Part shown: piece by piece, positions 32,096 to 57,714 of the stretch
Numbering within the stretch: the first letter of the stretch is position 1
Layout: each line of letters starts with the position of its first letter
DNA from: Amoebidium appalachense
Lineage: Eukaryota > Protista > Ichthyosporea
Length of the DNA stretch: 64,000 nt
NCBI GenBank assembly: GCA_963693365.1
Contig: CAVNZM010000014.1
Location: forward strand, 3,038,001 to 3,102,000
Direction: 5' to 3'
Made by a program: the position numbers and the translations under genes
The notes under the pieces: model-generated
The model's database searches: none
Told to the model about the DNA's origin: nothing
What the model saw: only the letters and a program-made list of their open reading frames with translations

Positions 32096-32536
32096 ATTGC
32101 AAAAGTATGTCCGCTCTCACGGCCATAATGGTCGTACGTGAGGTACGTGTACCAATGGGTGGCCGTGGTGGTGCACGTGGTGATACCGGTTGTTTGCCCG
32201 CGCGTGTGTGTGACTGGGTACCGTTACGGTAGTGTTTGTGTACCGTGATGCGTGGTGGTGATTGACGGACCGGGTGGCGGTGGGGCTGGAGGGGCCCGGC
32301 CCCGGCGGGGAGCGCGGGTACGTATACCCGGTACGCGGGGACCACACACAACCACATCACTATTATTAGCCTTGTTCACTCGGGGATCGATGGGATGGGG
32401 TAGGGTGGGTGGGTGGGTAGGTGGGTGGTGGTGGTGGTGGTGGTGGTGCCACGGTGGTGGTGGTGAAGGGAGGAGGGGGAGGCGGCGGGAATTTCCGAAA
32501 CTTTCTGACTGGTTCCCGAAAGAACGGCCAGGGGAT

Positions 32537-32612
<76 letters not shown>

Positions 32613-32709
32613 TATGAGAGAGGTGAGAGGGGGGGAGGGGGAGGGGAAGGGGGTGGCATATTTGCGTGCCTCGTGAATCAACCCACGAGTGTCACCTGAG
32701 GCCAACAAG

Positions 32710-32748
<39 letters not shown>

Positions 32749-32964
32749 CCACCCCCCCTTTCCAAAACTTTTTTTGGCGATTCCGAAAGGGCAGTTTGGC
32801 CCTCCGAAAAACTCAAAAAACAAAAATCGAACCCTGGAAGGGTGGGGCCGAGGGCCTGAGGAGCTGAGGGAGCCTGAGGCCCGAGGACCCGGGGGGGTGG
32901 TGCAGCAGGTACGCTAATCGTCCAGCTCCATATATAACCATATATGAAGCATAGAGGCAAGAAA

Positions 32965-33058
32965 CGATTGGATCGTGTCAAAATTTTGGCGCCAAAGGCC
33001 CTGGCTTGCGGCTTTTGCGGCGCAGGGCCTTCACTCTTGAGCCTTCATAAATTTAAAG
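32965..33058 (+). promoter_or_regulatory. Cell-cycle-type promoter motifs upstream of the Hsk3-like gene
   Basis: Inverted CCAAT (ATTGG 32967-32971), palindromic E2F-like TTTGGCGCCAAA (32985-32996) and CHR-like TTTAAA (~33052). Confidence 0.4.
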
Positions 33059-33260
33059 CTTGTTCCTTGCATGGTTAGAGACCCCAGTTCAACTAGTTCC
33101 GTTTTTTCCATTCATTTTGCCTACCTTTATTCGAGCTCAAGAATACAGATTGTTGGCGTTGTCGCCGAAGCACGGCGATCACGAAAAAACCTCAACGACA
33201 GAGAGCCTTTCTGTTTCGGAACTTCAAGCACACAGCAAGGGAAACACTTTTGTTCTGAAA

Positions 33261-34336
33261 ATGGAGCAGCAAACTACGTCGTCAAGCTACATGAGGTTGG
33301 TTCCTGCTATTCGAACTTATTCTTATTTTCTTTCCTTTAGGCACGTTTCTTACTGTGTAACCCCGTTGACAATTGAACACGCCGAAGGAGTTCGAGATGA
33401 TACAGTTGCTTGGACACGTGCGCACACAAAACAGGAAGCTGCGCATGTGTGCACACACACCTGCGCACACAAAACATGCAAACGAACACGTGCAGGCACG
33501 CTCTATTCCGCTCTTGCCCACACCCTAGATCTCTCCCCCCTCCCCCCCCCCCCCTCCCCCCCCCCCTCCCCCTTCCCCTCCCCCTCCCCTCCCCCCCTTC
33601 CGCCTCCCCCGCCCCACACAAACACACACCCATTTTTATTTCGTGCAAGGCACACTTAAGTAAGATCGGCGCTTTCCAATTCGCATACACGGCCACCCAA
33701 GCCGCTATCAGATACCCTTGTTACAAGTGCACACCTCTCTGCACACGAACATCAAGCACTATTGCAAGGAAAGAGCACGTGTAAGTGATGTTCTAGTGCA
33801 GCCACCCTCTACGTCCTTTGGTCCCCGCACAGTGCACTACACCTTCTGTCCCCATCCCAGCTTTCTCCCCTCATTGTGAACCTTTGTTTATCAATCGTCC
33901 TTCTCTACAACGTGCGTCTGTACTTCTCAGTCACGTAATCTCAATCCTTTTGGTCTCCCCACCCACCCACCCACCCACTCACCCAACACCCCCTCTCGCC
34001 CTCCCCCCCCCCCCCCCCCCTCCCCCCCCCCCCTCTTCCCCCCCCGTCCCCTCCGCTCCCCCCACCCACCCACCACCCCCTCTCTCGTCTCGGGTACTAC
34101 GGCTTGCACCCTCATTCATTGGTCCTGTTCCCACCTGCTCGATCTCTATTACAAACCTTTCCCCTCCTTTTTTGCGCATCGAAACCATCTCCTAATCGTG
34201 AACACGGCACACAGACTCAACAGCAAGCTGCTAGAGCTGCAGTGGCAGTTGAAGTCTTTGGACGAAAACGTTCAGTCGGTGCACATTTTGTCCACGGCAG
34301 CCCATCGCACAGCATTGACCCACACGGCTTTGTATG

Positions 34337-34375
<39 letters not shown>

Positions 34376-34980
34376 TTCCCCCCAAACTCCCCGCGACCCC
34401 TCCCCGCCTCTCCCCAGCTCACTCCCCCCTCTCTCCTCCCCTCCCCCCCCCCCCCCCCCCTGCCACCCTCTCTCCCCCTCCGCCCTCCCCCCCCCCCCTC
34501 TCTCCCCCCTCCCCCTGCCTGCCGCCCTTCCTCCCCTCCACTTCTCTCTCTCTCTCTCTCCCCCCCCTCCCCCCCCCTCCCCCCGTCTCCCTCCTCCCCC
34601 TTTCTCTCTCCCTTCCCCCCCCCCCCCCTCTCTCCTCTCTCTCATTACCCACCCCCCCCCCCCCCCCCCCCCCCCCCCCTTTCCTTTGCCCGCCCCTTTT
34701 CTCAGACACGCACACACACACACACTTACCCCACGCACCCCCGTTCAATGAGAGTGGGCTCTGGCTGTATTGATGAAATCGACTCTATCTGTGCTGATAA
34801 TTGCATGTCGTCGTTAGGATCTTGTCTGCAGTGTGCCTTGTTCAATCGAGATGCTCATATGCTACTATCACACAGCGCTGCACTGTAGCCCCCCCTCCCC
34901 CCCCCCTCCCCTTTCTCCCCTCCCCTGGCTGGTCCCTCCTTCTCCTTCACCCGTTTGTCGCGCATGCGCGCGCGCGCGCG

Positions 34981-35049
<69 letters not shown>

Positions 35050-35220
35050 GCACGCACACACATGTGCACATGCAAACGCACAGGCACACACATTGCGCGC
35101 GCGTGTGTGTGTGTTTTTGCTGGGGGGGCTTGGGCACCAATACTGATTGAGAATAATGTTCACAGATTCAAAGCTGCTGCCGACCACCACGAAGCAAACA
35201 CCCACCAACCCACACCATAA
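33261..35220 (+). CDS. HSK3: 68-aa microprotein resembling DASH/Dam1 complex subunit Hsk3
   Basis: Exons 33261-33295, 34215-34331, 35166-35220 (35+117+55 nt, phases 2/2) give MEQQTTSSSYMRLNSKLLELQWQLKSLDENVQSVHILSTAAHRTALTHTALFKAAADHHEANTHQPTP*. Size and pattern Y..L.S.L..LQ..L..L.......H.ALF.AA resemble fungal Hsk3 (from memory, not searched). Confidence 0.6.
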
Positions 35221-36095
35221 TAGGCTCCCGAGCCCCAAATGTCGATTGCGATCGATTCCGACCCGCCTTTCCCCCTCCGTGTCAGAGAAAATTTCAGCTC
35301 CTTTGAACATTTTTATTTTATTTTATTTTTATTTTATGGTCGCAACGCTGGGGTGAGAATGGGGATGTGAAGGTATTTTTTACTGGTCTAGTATACCGCA
35401 TCCCTTCCTCCCAGAAATATACTTTTGGCATGCTGGCCTGCCTTAGGCAATTTGGGATTTTGGTGCCAAATTATCTATTGATTTTAACTAAATTCTATGA
35501 TTTTCTGAATGTGTAGTGGTTACCGGGCTAAGCGGTAGCCAAAAAAGTATAACATGAAATGTGAAGCTGACGCGGTTTTGTTATATTTAGGCAGGCTGGC
35601 CGTGTGATCTGGTATTTGTTGAAGAATGATTCGTAGATTTCGGCTTCTTCTTAGAGAAAATCATTTTTCTTCTTCTCTTTTTGTGTTGGTGGTGGTGGTG
35701 GTGGGTGCGTGGGGTTGAGGGGTGGGGGATGGGGGGAGAGCGGAGAGTTGATAACCAGATATCATATCATCCTGTAATTTTGCTCAATCTAATTGTCGAA
35801 TGCTCTGTATTTCTCTAGCATGCTGACCGGCAGCAAACTACATGGTAAAGAGGGAAAAACGGGGATTTTCTCTCGTATATTACGGTTTCTTCAGCGGCTA
35901 GCCCAGTGTGAAGCTTATGTACACAACTATAGTATACTTATCAACCGAGCCAGCTAACTAAATAAAGAAACATGTAGAGTTTTGATACGTTGTCGTTTTG
36001 GTGTAGATATTATGAACAAGGCGACGCTTCATGTCATTCAGTTATAAGCAAGATATATGACATTAGGTATGCACAGAGTACAAGTACGTCAGGGT

Positions 36096-36182
<87 letters not shown>

Positions 36183-36444
36183 CGCGCTTGCGCGAGGGTT
36201 CGGCGCGCGCACGCAAGAGTGAATACGCACGGCTGCGTGCATGTGTGCACGCCTGTGTGTGTGTTGGGGTATGTGACTATGAGCGCATGCCGCCCTGGGT
36301 GGTTTAGTTCTTATCAGGGGTCATTTCTTCCTGAAATTCCTTGTTTTCCCCATCATGGGAGAAAAACAGGGGGTGTCAGGAAAAAAAACCGATTCCTAAT
36401 AAAAACTAAACCACCATTAACGGCCATTAAAGACAACAGCGGCA

Positions 36445-47705
<11,261 letters not shown>

Positions 47706-47900
47706 CTTGGATTCAAAAGCAACTTGAACAGCCGTGTTCGATGACTGACAGGATTAAAATTATAAACCCTAGCTCACAGATAGAGGTTATAGAGATTTCG
47801 ATTATAAGAACACACACTGTGCCGGGTCCGCATGGGTCCGCCGACAGGGAAAGGAAAGTGTGCTGTATACTGTAGGTGGTCATCTACTGTAGGTGGTCAC

Positions 47901-47938
47901 CAAGGCCTCCTAAATGGTGTGCTATTTAGGAGGCCTTG
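47901..47938. mobile_element. 38-bp hAT-like micro-MITE, same family as 19827-19883
   Basis: CAAGGCCTCCTAAAT-GGTGTGCT-ATTTAGGAGGCCTTG flanked by the 8-bp direct repeat GTGGTCAC (47893-47900, 47939-47946). Confidence 0.82.
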
Positions 47939-48022
47939 GTGGTCACTGATGGTAATGATGGTGGGGTGCGAGCCGCGCAATTTTTATTCGACCAATCAAA
48001 GGCTGTTGCTTGATTGCGCAAA

Positions 48023-48333
48023 CGGTGTGGCGACTTGACTCCAAGTCGCGACTTGAAGTCACCATGCACCCTGACTTCAACCAAGTCAAGTCAGGCCCTG
48101 AAGCCGGACATAGGAGTGACTTGATGGGGGGGAGGGGGGCTTGGGGTGGTGAAGCATAGGAGGGTGGGTGGGAAGGAGGGGGCGTAATGCCTGCCCATAG
48201 CCCCAGCCGGCCGGGGAGTTACTAAAAATAGAACCCTTTCAAGTCGCGACTTCAAGTCAAGTCAAGTCATCAAACCCAGCGAACAACTATAATTATAAGT
48301 CAAGTCAAGTCATGAAGGCTCTGCCACACCCCT
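48023..48333. mobile_element. Degenerate TIR element with CAAGT/ACTTG subterminal repeats
   Basis: Multiple CAAGTCAAGTC and CAAGTCGCGACTT motifs; imperfect ends GGTGTGGC...GCCACACC; no TSD found. Confidence 0.45.
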
Positions 48334-49163
48334 GCGGCCGAGTCGAAGTGTGTACACGAGCTAGTGTGTGCGTGCCTGTGTGCGTGTGTACGTGTGTGTT
48401 TGTATGTGTGTGTGTACACACGCGTGTGTCTGTGTGCACGTGCGCGCACGCGTATTTATGTAAAATTTGTGTTTCAACCTGCATGCATGCCGGGCTTGTG
48501 CGTGTACGTGTGTGCGTGCGTGACGCCGTGTGTTTACAGTGTGCGTGTGCGCGCCCATGAAACTGCGTATGTACGTGTTTGAGTATGAATGTGTATGTGT
48601 GTGCGCATGCGTGTGCGTGTTTGCCTGTACACTGCAGAACTGTCCTATGTGGGTTCGGGACCGTTGGCAAACTTATTTCCACTTAGAGGGTGAGGCTAAA
48701 TTTGGCTGTCCTCACAGCCTTGCCCGCTGGCTTATATAAGGTGGGCGGAGGTGAGGGGGAAAGGGGGGGGGGGGGGGGGGGGGGGGTAGAGGAGGCCTAG
48801 GCTAGGGGAGGATGCAAATTGCTGTAAATGCACGTGATGGCCCCGCTGATGACAGGTGCACGTGGTGTTGGTAGTCTGTGCTACTATTATGACATCCGTG
48901 TGTGTGCAATTTATTGTAGTTGCAGTAAAGTTTAGATTTTCGAGGTTTTTTTAAAGGGTGGTGGTTTGGGAGGACAGTATGCGGTTGTAGAATACAAAAG
49001 CAACCTACAGGCTGAACCCAGTATGCATGACTACCTCGCGATACTGCAGACATGCCATCTACGTGCACTCATGATGTCATGGGCGACGATGTGGAATAAG
49101 GCCAAATAAAATGGTGTGCGAGTGAGGGTCCTGGGGGGTTGGGGGGAACCTCGGGAGTGGGTG

Positions 49164-49202
<39 letters not shown>

Positions 49203-49316
49203 TGGCGGGGAGGGAGGGAGGGATGGAAGGAGGGAGGAAGGGAGGGAGGGAGGGGGGGGAGGGGGGAGAAAATGAGAGGGGGGGGGGGGGGGGAAGGTAG
49301 GGAGAGGGTGAAGAGC

Positions 49317-49473
<157 letters not shown>

Positions 49474-49556
49474 TGTGTGTGTGTGTTTGTGTGTGAAATT
49501 GAGTGAGAGCTGAGAGAGCGGGGAGAGCACGGAGAGCGGGGCCATCCGGTTGGAAA

Positions 49557-49840
49557 TGGCGCCAAAATGACTAAGTCAACCAATTAGATTTCGATTCTCG
49601 AAGAAAAGACAGCCAATCGTCTGAGTCTATGACGTCACATGTGTAAAATAGAGCATAAAGAACTTCAAGCCAGTAAATTCAAAATAATCATCACAATCAT
49701 TTAGGAAAGTATAATAAAATCAGCAAAAACCTTTCATTTTTACACAAGTTTTATGTGGACTAGACTGTACATTGTGGCTGACGCGTCAAGCTCTCTGCTT
49801 CAGAAAATTTGCCCCCGCTTATCGTTCAACCAATCAAGTA
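49557..49840 (+). promoter_or_regulatory. Proximal promoter of IPO7 (E2F-like, CCAAT and CRE-like motifs)
   Basis: TGGCGCCAAAA 49557-49567; CCAAT near 49580, 49613 and 49830; TGACGTCA near 49630; the region is free of microsatellites. Confidence 0.4.
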
Positions 49841-50002
49841 AAACCGTGTGACACCTGCACATGTGGACATGATCACTCACGTGAAAACTGTAACCACGGG
49901 TCCTTTTCGTTTTATTTTTCTAGCAAAGCAGGAAAGTGGTGGTTGGTTTTATAGTGAAGGAAAGGCACATAGACGGGTAGAGGGAGGTAAAAGGGCGCGA
50001 AA

Positions 50003-50837
50003 ATGGACGCCGCACACCTGCAACAGACGTTCTTGGCGACGTTCAACCCGGCCACAACGAAGGAGGCTGAGACGCATCTCAACTCCCAGGTGTGCTTCAT
50101 CGGATTTCACGTCTTGCACTCTGCAAATAGTGACTGCATTTGGCGAGCCTCAACAGAAACTTCACGCATTTCCAGCTAAATATTGCGATAAATAGATATG
50201 GCATTAGAAGCCTTACATGAGGAGCATTTGTGTCGAGAATTGTTGATGTCCCGGGACATCTCAGCTCTGGGTGTAGTTTTGAGGGCGCTTGAACTTGGCA
50301 GTGTTTTGAAGTGCACATGGTTGTGCGGACTCTGATTCTGTCGTTTTTGCAGCTTTGCTACCAGCCCGGTTTTGTGCCGGCGCTTATGCAATTGATAACC
50401 GCTGCCGGCATTGATCCAGCCATCCAGCAGGCTGGTTGGTTGCCCCCCCTCCCCCCCCCCCCCCCCCCCCTCCCCCCGCCCGTCCCCTCTCCCCTTGCCG
50501 TCCCATCTTAAAATGCACACGAAGACACGCACGTAGACCTTCTCTGGTCAACATTAGCCAAAAGAATTTACTAGCAACGGCCACATATCACACCGTTGTC
50601 AGCGGGGGCACACACGGTGTGTTCAAGCATATACGTAGACATCTATGCACACATATGTTCCTAGATCCGCACACACCCACATACACACGCCCGCTGTTAA
50701 CTAGCACACAAGGACTTGCAGAGTTGTCCTGTGTAGGGTCACTCTGATAAGAACATGAGCCCTGTTGTTCAGTTACGTTCTTCGCCGTTGCAAGTGCATG
50801 GGGCGCAATGAGGGATCGGATGTGTGTGTGTTTTGTT

Positions 50838-50878
<41 letters not shown>

Positions 50879-51120
50879 GGGGGACGCAGGTGGAGGGAGG
50901 AAGGAGGGAGAGGGAGGGGAGAGAAGAGGCTGATGGAAAGGCGTTCTTTGGTGGCTGCCGGAAGAATTTATGTAGTAGGATCTGCATGTGCCTGTTTGTG
51001 TGTCTCTCTCCCTGTCTGTGTTTGTATGTGTGGGTGTGTGCGGGTTTGTGTGTGGGCTGGGCGGTTTGTTGGTAGTGGTTGGAGGGGGGGATGGGGGGGG
51101 GAGAAGAGGGGGGGGGGGGG

Positions 51121-51157
<37 letters not shown>

Positions 51158-52107
51158 GGATTGCAGAATGGAAGGGAACGCTTGTGAGTGTTTGGTGGAA
51201 CTACTTGCGCTTTATCAGAAAGAGAAACGGGCTGGAGGGTGTGATTGTAGGTGTGGGTGGGGTTGGATGGTTCAGGGGGGGGAGAGGGGGAAAAGGGGGG
51301 CAGAAGGCAAAGAGGGATGGCAATGAGAAGCGTTTGTGTGTGCATGTGTGTAGGGGGGTGGGGGGGGGGGGGTGGGGGTGGGGGGGGGGGGCATGTGCTA
51401 CCTTTGTCTTATGTTTATGGTGTTTCTTTTGTTTATGTTATGTTTATGGTGGGGGTTTTTTTTTATTGCAGCTGCCGTCTACTTCAAGAACCACGTCAAC
51501 CGCTACTGGGCAAACCTGAGCACTGACGCACAGAAATACCTGGTATGCACACAGTACCTGTTGCAATGGAACAGTAATGATGGTTTAAGGAACGAAATAT
51601 CTGGTCGGCGGAGGGAACAGGGGATGAAAAGTCGTTGGACGGGGGGGGAGGGGGGGGGGGGGGAAGAAGGGAGGAGGGGAGGAATCCTGAAGGGGGAAGG
51701 GAAGGTGCACGAAGAAAGAGGTTTAGGGGGGGGGGGGGGGGGGGGGGAGGGGCAAATTGGAAATAAGAAAAAGGATGCAGAGCTCGTCTTTTTTTCACCA
51801 CCTTTTTTTTGGTGGTGGTGGGTGGGTAGGGGGGGGGGGGGGGGGGTAGGAAGGCGTTTGGGGTCGAGGGGTGTGGTGAGAGGAGAGGGGTGGGTGGGGA
51901 GAAGATGAAGGGGAGCCTTGTGGTTCATGGAGTTGGATCAGAAATGAAAGGCATTTCCCCCTTTGCATCCCTCGGGTTCCTTCCTCCGTTTCTTTCGTAT
52001 ATCTACTGCCTGCCTTCCCCCCCCCCCCCCCCCCCCCGCCCCACCACGGGCCCCCAGCCCCTCCTCCCCCCCTCTTCCCCTTCTCCTCCTCAGGCCACCT
52101 CCCTCCC

Positions 52108-52139
<32 letters not shown>

Positions 52140-53732
52140 ACCCCCGCCCCACAACCACTACGGCAAATTATCCCTTTCCCGTGCAAACTTCTTTCCTTCA
52201 CTTCTTCTTGCTTCAATCCTTCCCCCCCCCCCCCCCCCTCCCCCTTCCCCCCCCCCCCCTCCCCTCCCCCCCCCCCCCCCCCCCTCTTCCTCCTCAGCCT
52301 CTTCCCCTCTTCCCCTCCGTGTATGGGTCTTTGAAACAACTGGTGTCAGGTAGGAAGACAATATAAACAAGTTTACAGTTATAATTAAATTAGATCTGGG
52401 TGTTTGTTGTCAGATCCCCGAGGATGAGAAGCAGTTGGTGCGAGACAACATCTTGGAGCTTATCGTGGCCACCCCCACAAAGATCAAGTACATCCCCCCC
52501 TCCCCCCTCTCTCCCTCTCTCCCTCCCTCACTTTCTCCCCCCTTCTCTCCCCCCCCCCCCCCCCCCCTCCCCGGCCGCTGCCAGCCCCCTCTCAGCACAA
52601 GTCATCCCCTGTGAAGGACTGGATCTGCTTGGGTCATCCACTTCAAAAAAAATCCACCTGCTTTCTCTTTCCTATGTTTGGAGTGGTTGTGTGAGGGAAG
52701 GAGGTGGGTTGGGTTGGGTTGAGGGAGCGGCGGAGAGTTGCATGCCAGTAAAGTATGCTGCACGTTAGTTTCTTTTCATTTCTTTCTAGCTTGTACTATA
52801 TGCATGTTACTACAACCCCCCCCCCCCTCCCCCTTCCCCACAACCACCGCACAAGTGCCCGTGACGTGCATGCATACTTACACACACACACACACAGGCT
52901 TGCACATACACACACATGGACCTGCGCACACACACAAACACAGGCGCGCGCACACACACGCGCCTGGGCCGGCACACACACGCGCGCGCACGACCCACGC
53001 ACACACACACACACGAACACGAACACACGTCTTCTCCCTTTTTACGCCCACTTTTCTTTAGAAGACCCTTCCCAACCCAACACTTCCCCTTATCCACCAT
53101 CCCCCCCGCCCCCCACCCCCCACTTCTACCATTTTCCCTACTCCTTTCATTCAATCACTCTTCCCCCCCCCCCCCCCCCCCCCCCCCAGCCCACCCACCC
53201 ACCCACCGCAACCCCCCCACGTGGGTCCCCCCTGAGAATGGGCTTTGCTTACTATGCATACTCTTTATGTTTGGTTTGCACTCCACATCGTGTCGTCCGT
53301 TGTTTATGTGTACTTCGTACTTGATGGCACATTCACCCCCCCCCCCCCCCCCCCCTACCCCCAACCCACCTCACCCCACCCCCCACCCCCTCCTCCTTTT
53401 TTGTTTTGCTTACACGTTCTCGTTTCTATCTCCATCTTTCACACTTTCACTCACCAACTTCCCGTTTTTTTCGTTTCTCCCTCCATTTTTTTTTTACACT
53501 TCACTTATTAACTTCCGTTTTTTGGTTTTTGCAGGGTGAACATTACCGTTGTTCTCCATCGGGTTCTTGCCAATGATTTCCCGGAGAAGATTGGGATGGA
53601 CTTTGTGCACAAGGCTCTGTCGTTCCTCAGTTCGACCGACGCAAACACTGTGCACAGCGGCCTGCTTGCCATCTACGTGCTGACGCAGAGATACGAGTAG
53701 GTGGAAATGTTCGTGTGTGTATCTGTGTGTGT

Positions 53733-53763
<31 letters not shown>

Positions 53764-54323
53764 AGGGGGGGGGGGGCGAGTGGGCGAGTGGGGGGCGGGA
53801 GGGGAGGAAGGGGGGTTAGGGGGGGAGGGGGTATCGACTGTGGGCGGGTGGATGTGGGGTTGAGTGGGTGTGTGCGGTGGAGAGGGAGGGGAAGGCGGGT
53901 GCGGAGGGGGGGGGGGGGGGTTTGAGTAAGTGTGTGTGTGTGTGTGTGTGCGCGCACACGTGTTTATGTATGTAGATGGAGGGGGGGAAGGGGGGCAGGA
54001 GGGAAGGGATGTGGGTTCGTGATTGTGTGTTTTTTTTTTTTTGGGGGGGGGGGGGGGGGGAAGGGGGAGGGGGGGGGGGGGGGGGGGGGGGGAGATCTTT
54101 TGGTGGATGTGGTTGCTGGTGTCCCCGAGCACCGAATAGCTGACCTGACTCAGTTAGACGCTTGCACCTGCACAGACGCGTGCATATGGGTGTGAACAGG
54201 AGCACAACTACATGGACACACATGGACACACACACACACACGTGCATACACGTGCACACACCCGGTCACAACCACACAAGGATGCAGGCAAGCACGCATG
54301 CACACTCACACACATGTGCGCAT

Positions 54324-54371
<48 letters not shown>

Positions 54372-54535
54372 TGAACACCGTTTAGCCTCCGAGCATACAC
54401 CCATTCCCTCAAACCAACACAAACACACAGGTGACAACCAACCATGAGTTTTGTTAACCCATTGAATCTCTCATTACACTACTACCAATCGATTGTGTTA
54501 GTAGGTCGTCCATTTTTCGGTCCTGTGTGTGTGTG

Positions 54536-54570
<35 letters not shown>

Positions 54571-55309
54571 TTCGCTTCAGGCTGCCGCACCCCACATTAT
54601 TATTTCACGAAGCCGGTAACAAGTAATGATGCTTTCTTGCACGACAAAATTAGTTTGGTCATTCATTTTCCGGCCCCGTGCGTGCGTGTGTTTTCAGGCG
54701 GCCGCACCCCACATTCTTATTTCACGAACCCAGGCACAAAAAGGACGAGGAAAGGCAGCCCTTCTACGAGATTGTGCCCCTTTTATTCCCGAGGTTGTAC
54801 GAGATTGCTGCCCACTGCCAGTCCATGGCCACACAGGAGCTGTCGATGCTCCTGAGGGTCGTGCTTAAGACATTCTTTGCGGCAATTCAGGTATGCATTG
54901 CCACATTCCATGCATTCCTGAGTGCATGTTTGTCGCTGGTTGGGTATGCATATGCATTCCTGAGCACGGTTTATGACTGCTTAGGTTATGCACTCGCAAT
55001 GTTTGAGCATGTTATATCTTAAACACACACACACACAAATGTACACAAGAACGTGCGCAGGCACGTACGAGCAGGGAGCACATGCACGCACACACACACC
55101 CACACAGACACAGGCGTACACACGCACGCACACACGCACACACACAGTCACATTCACACTTACACTCACCCTCACACTCAATCACTCACTCACGTATGCA
55201 CCCCTCCCCTCGCCTACACAAACACATACACACACCCTCACACACATACGCACTCACTCGCGCACACACGCACGCGTGAGCACACACGCACACATACACA
55301 CGCAAGCAA

Positions 55310-55340
<31 letters not shown>

Positions 55341-56650
55341 AAACCCCCATTCTTCTTTACACACCCACCTTCTCACACACGCACGCAAACACGCGCGCGC
55401 ACACACACACATGCGCACACACACGTACACACGTACACACACACACACACACACACAGTACGACCTGCCCAAGACGCTTGCCAGTGACCCGTCTTTCGTC
55501 AACTGGATGACCCTGTGCGGTGCCGTGGCCGTCACACAGATCAGCTCAGACCAGCAGGTGATTATATGTGTGCAAACAGTACTATTGCTGTGTGTTATGC
55601 AATAAGTACTATTGTAATGTGCTTTGTATATATATAATCATTGATGGTGGTTTTTTTGGGTTAGGGGGTAGGGGGGGGCGGGGGGTAGGGGGGGGGGTGG
55701 AGAGGGGGCAGGGAGGGGGGGCATGTTGGTGTGTTTGTGTGTGTGTGTGTTGGCATGTGTGGATGTTTGGGCTCAGGGTCCGGTTTGGGGAGCACGACTG
55801 AACATTTTTATTGCTGTGGGTCTCTCTCTCTCGCTCCCTCCCCCCACCACCCCCCCCCCCCCCCCCCCCCCTTCTTTGTCTGTTCGTGTGAGAGTGTGTG
55901 TACGCCTGGGGATTGGGTTGGGAGGATGAGGTATCAGGAGAACGGAATGAGATTCTGATATAGGCGATATTGCTTGTTACCTCCCTATGCCCTTCCCCCC
56001 CCCCCCCCCCCCCCCCCCCCCTTTTTTTCACCTCAAAAATCCCACCGCTGCTCTCAGCTTGGCCTTCTCTCTCCAATTCTCTTTCAGCATGCTTCCCCGG
56101 ACACGCACCACAAGAACACACACACACACACACACTTATGCACACACACGCACACACACACACACACATGCACAAACACACACAACCCCTCCTCCTCCCC
56201 TCTTTCCACCACACACACACTACGTATGTCTGCTCACCATGTTTCTCTACTTTTCCACCGTGCAGGAGTCAGAGAATGGACCGTTCAGGAGCTATGCCTG
56301 GCTGTGCCGCAAGCGGGCAGCATGCATTCTGCGCCAGCTGATTGGAAGGTAGGCGTGTGTGTGTGTGTTATGTTTTATTTAATTTTTTTCTTGTTTTTTA
56401 TTTTTTTTTATTTTTTTTTTTTGGGGGGGGGGGGGGGGGGAGGGAGCGATAGGGTGCAGAGGTGTGGGGGGGGGGGGGGGGGGGGGGGGGGGGGTGAATG
56501 GGTAGACGGGTGGGTGTGGTGTGGGGGGCTTTTGCGAGTCAGGAAGGGGGTCGATATTTGTGTGTCTGTTTGGGTGAGAATTGGAGAGGAAGGTGATTTG
56601 TACGGGAGAGTTGGGAGGGGGAGGATGTGTGTGTGTGTGTGTGTGTGTGC

Positions 56651-56686
<36 letters not shown>

Positions 56687-56694
56687 CTGTGTTT

Positions 56695-56766
<72 letters not shown>

Positions 56767-57657
56767 ATATGAGGCAATAGGGGGATGTGCCTAAATCTGG
56801 TGCCCTTTCCAGGTATGGTATCCCGACGATTGCCGCTAAGGAGGATAAGGGCTTTGCTCGTATCTTTGTCTCTCACTATGCTCCGGCAATTGTTAAGGTA
56901 CTTCCCCCCCCCCCCCCCCCCCAAAAAAAAAATAAAATAAAATAAAATAAAAAATAAAATGAATAAATAAAAACAAAGAAGGAAGAAAGAGAGAGAGATA
57001 GAGGGGTGTGGGGGGGGGGGGGGGGGGGGGGGGGGAGTAAGCGCGTCTAGAGTGAGAGATGGTGTGTGTTTGTGCAGGAGGAGGGGAAAAGAAAGGTTGA
57101 AGTTTCCATCGCCGTGCCACTGTGTGGTGTTTATCTCGCCAGTAAGCCTCTTTCTCTGCTCATGCTTGGTGCTAGAGCGAGCATTAAGTGTGTGTGTACG
57201 CGTCCCAGTGCTTGTGTGCTTGCCTGCATGCAAGTGTATGTGTATGTGTGTGTACGGGGGAAGAATGGATGGGGGGGGCCAAGGAAGTTTTTTTTTTTTG
57301 GGGGGGTGTTTGGTTTCACGTTATTTCTGAGCCCCCCCCCCCCCCCCCCCCTCGCCCCCCAGCTTGCCTACGAGCAGCTGTTTGCGCACAGCCAGGGGAT
57401 GGTTCTGTCTCCACGCTGCCACAAAGAGTTCCTCGATATTCTCGAGGCGGCGTACGTGCAGCCCCCCCCCCCCCCCCCCCCCTCCGGCCTCCCCCCCTCC
57501 CCCCTTCTCACGTCCCATATCCCCCCTCCCATCCTCTCTTAGGCTGGGCCACTCTCCCTATCTATGTGAAGGTTGTGTACGTGCCACCCCTCATCCTTCC
57601 CCTCCCCCCCCCCCCCCCCCACCACCACCACCACCAAACACCCGCGCATTCTGCCCC

Positions 57658-57714
<57 letters not shown>

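Noticed and set aside
32995-33031. AAGGCCCTG…CAGGGCCTT inverted repeat as a third micro-MITE
   Set aside because: The TIR differs from the family and there is no flanking direct repeat.
33060-33659. 199-aa ORF as a single-exon gene
   Set aside because: Non-ATG start and runs into low-complexity sequence; better explained by exon 1 of the Hsk3-like gene plus intron.
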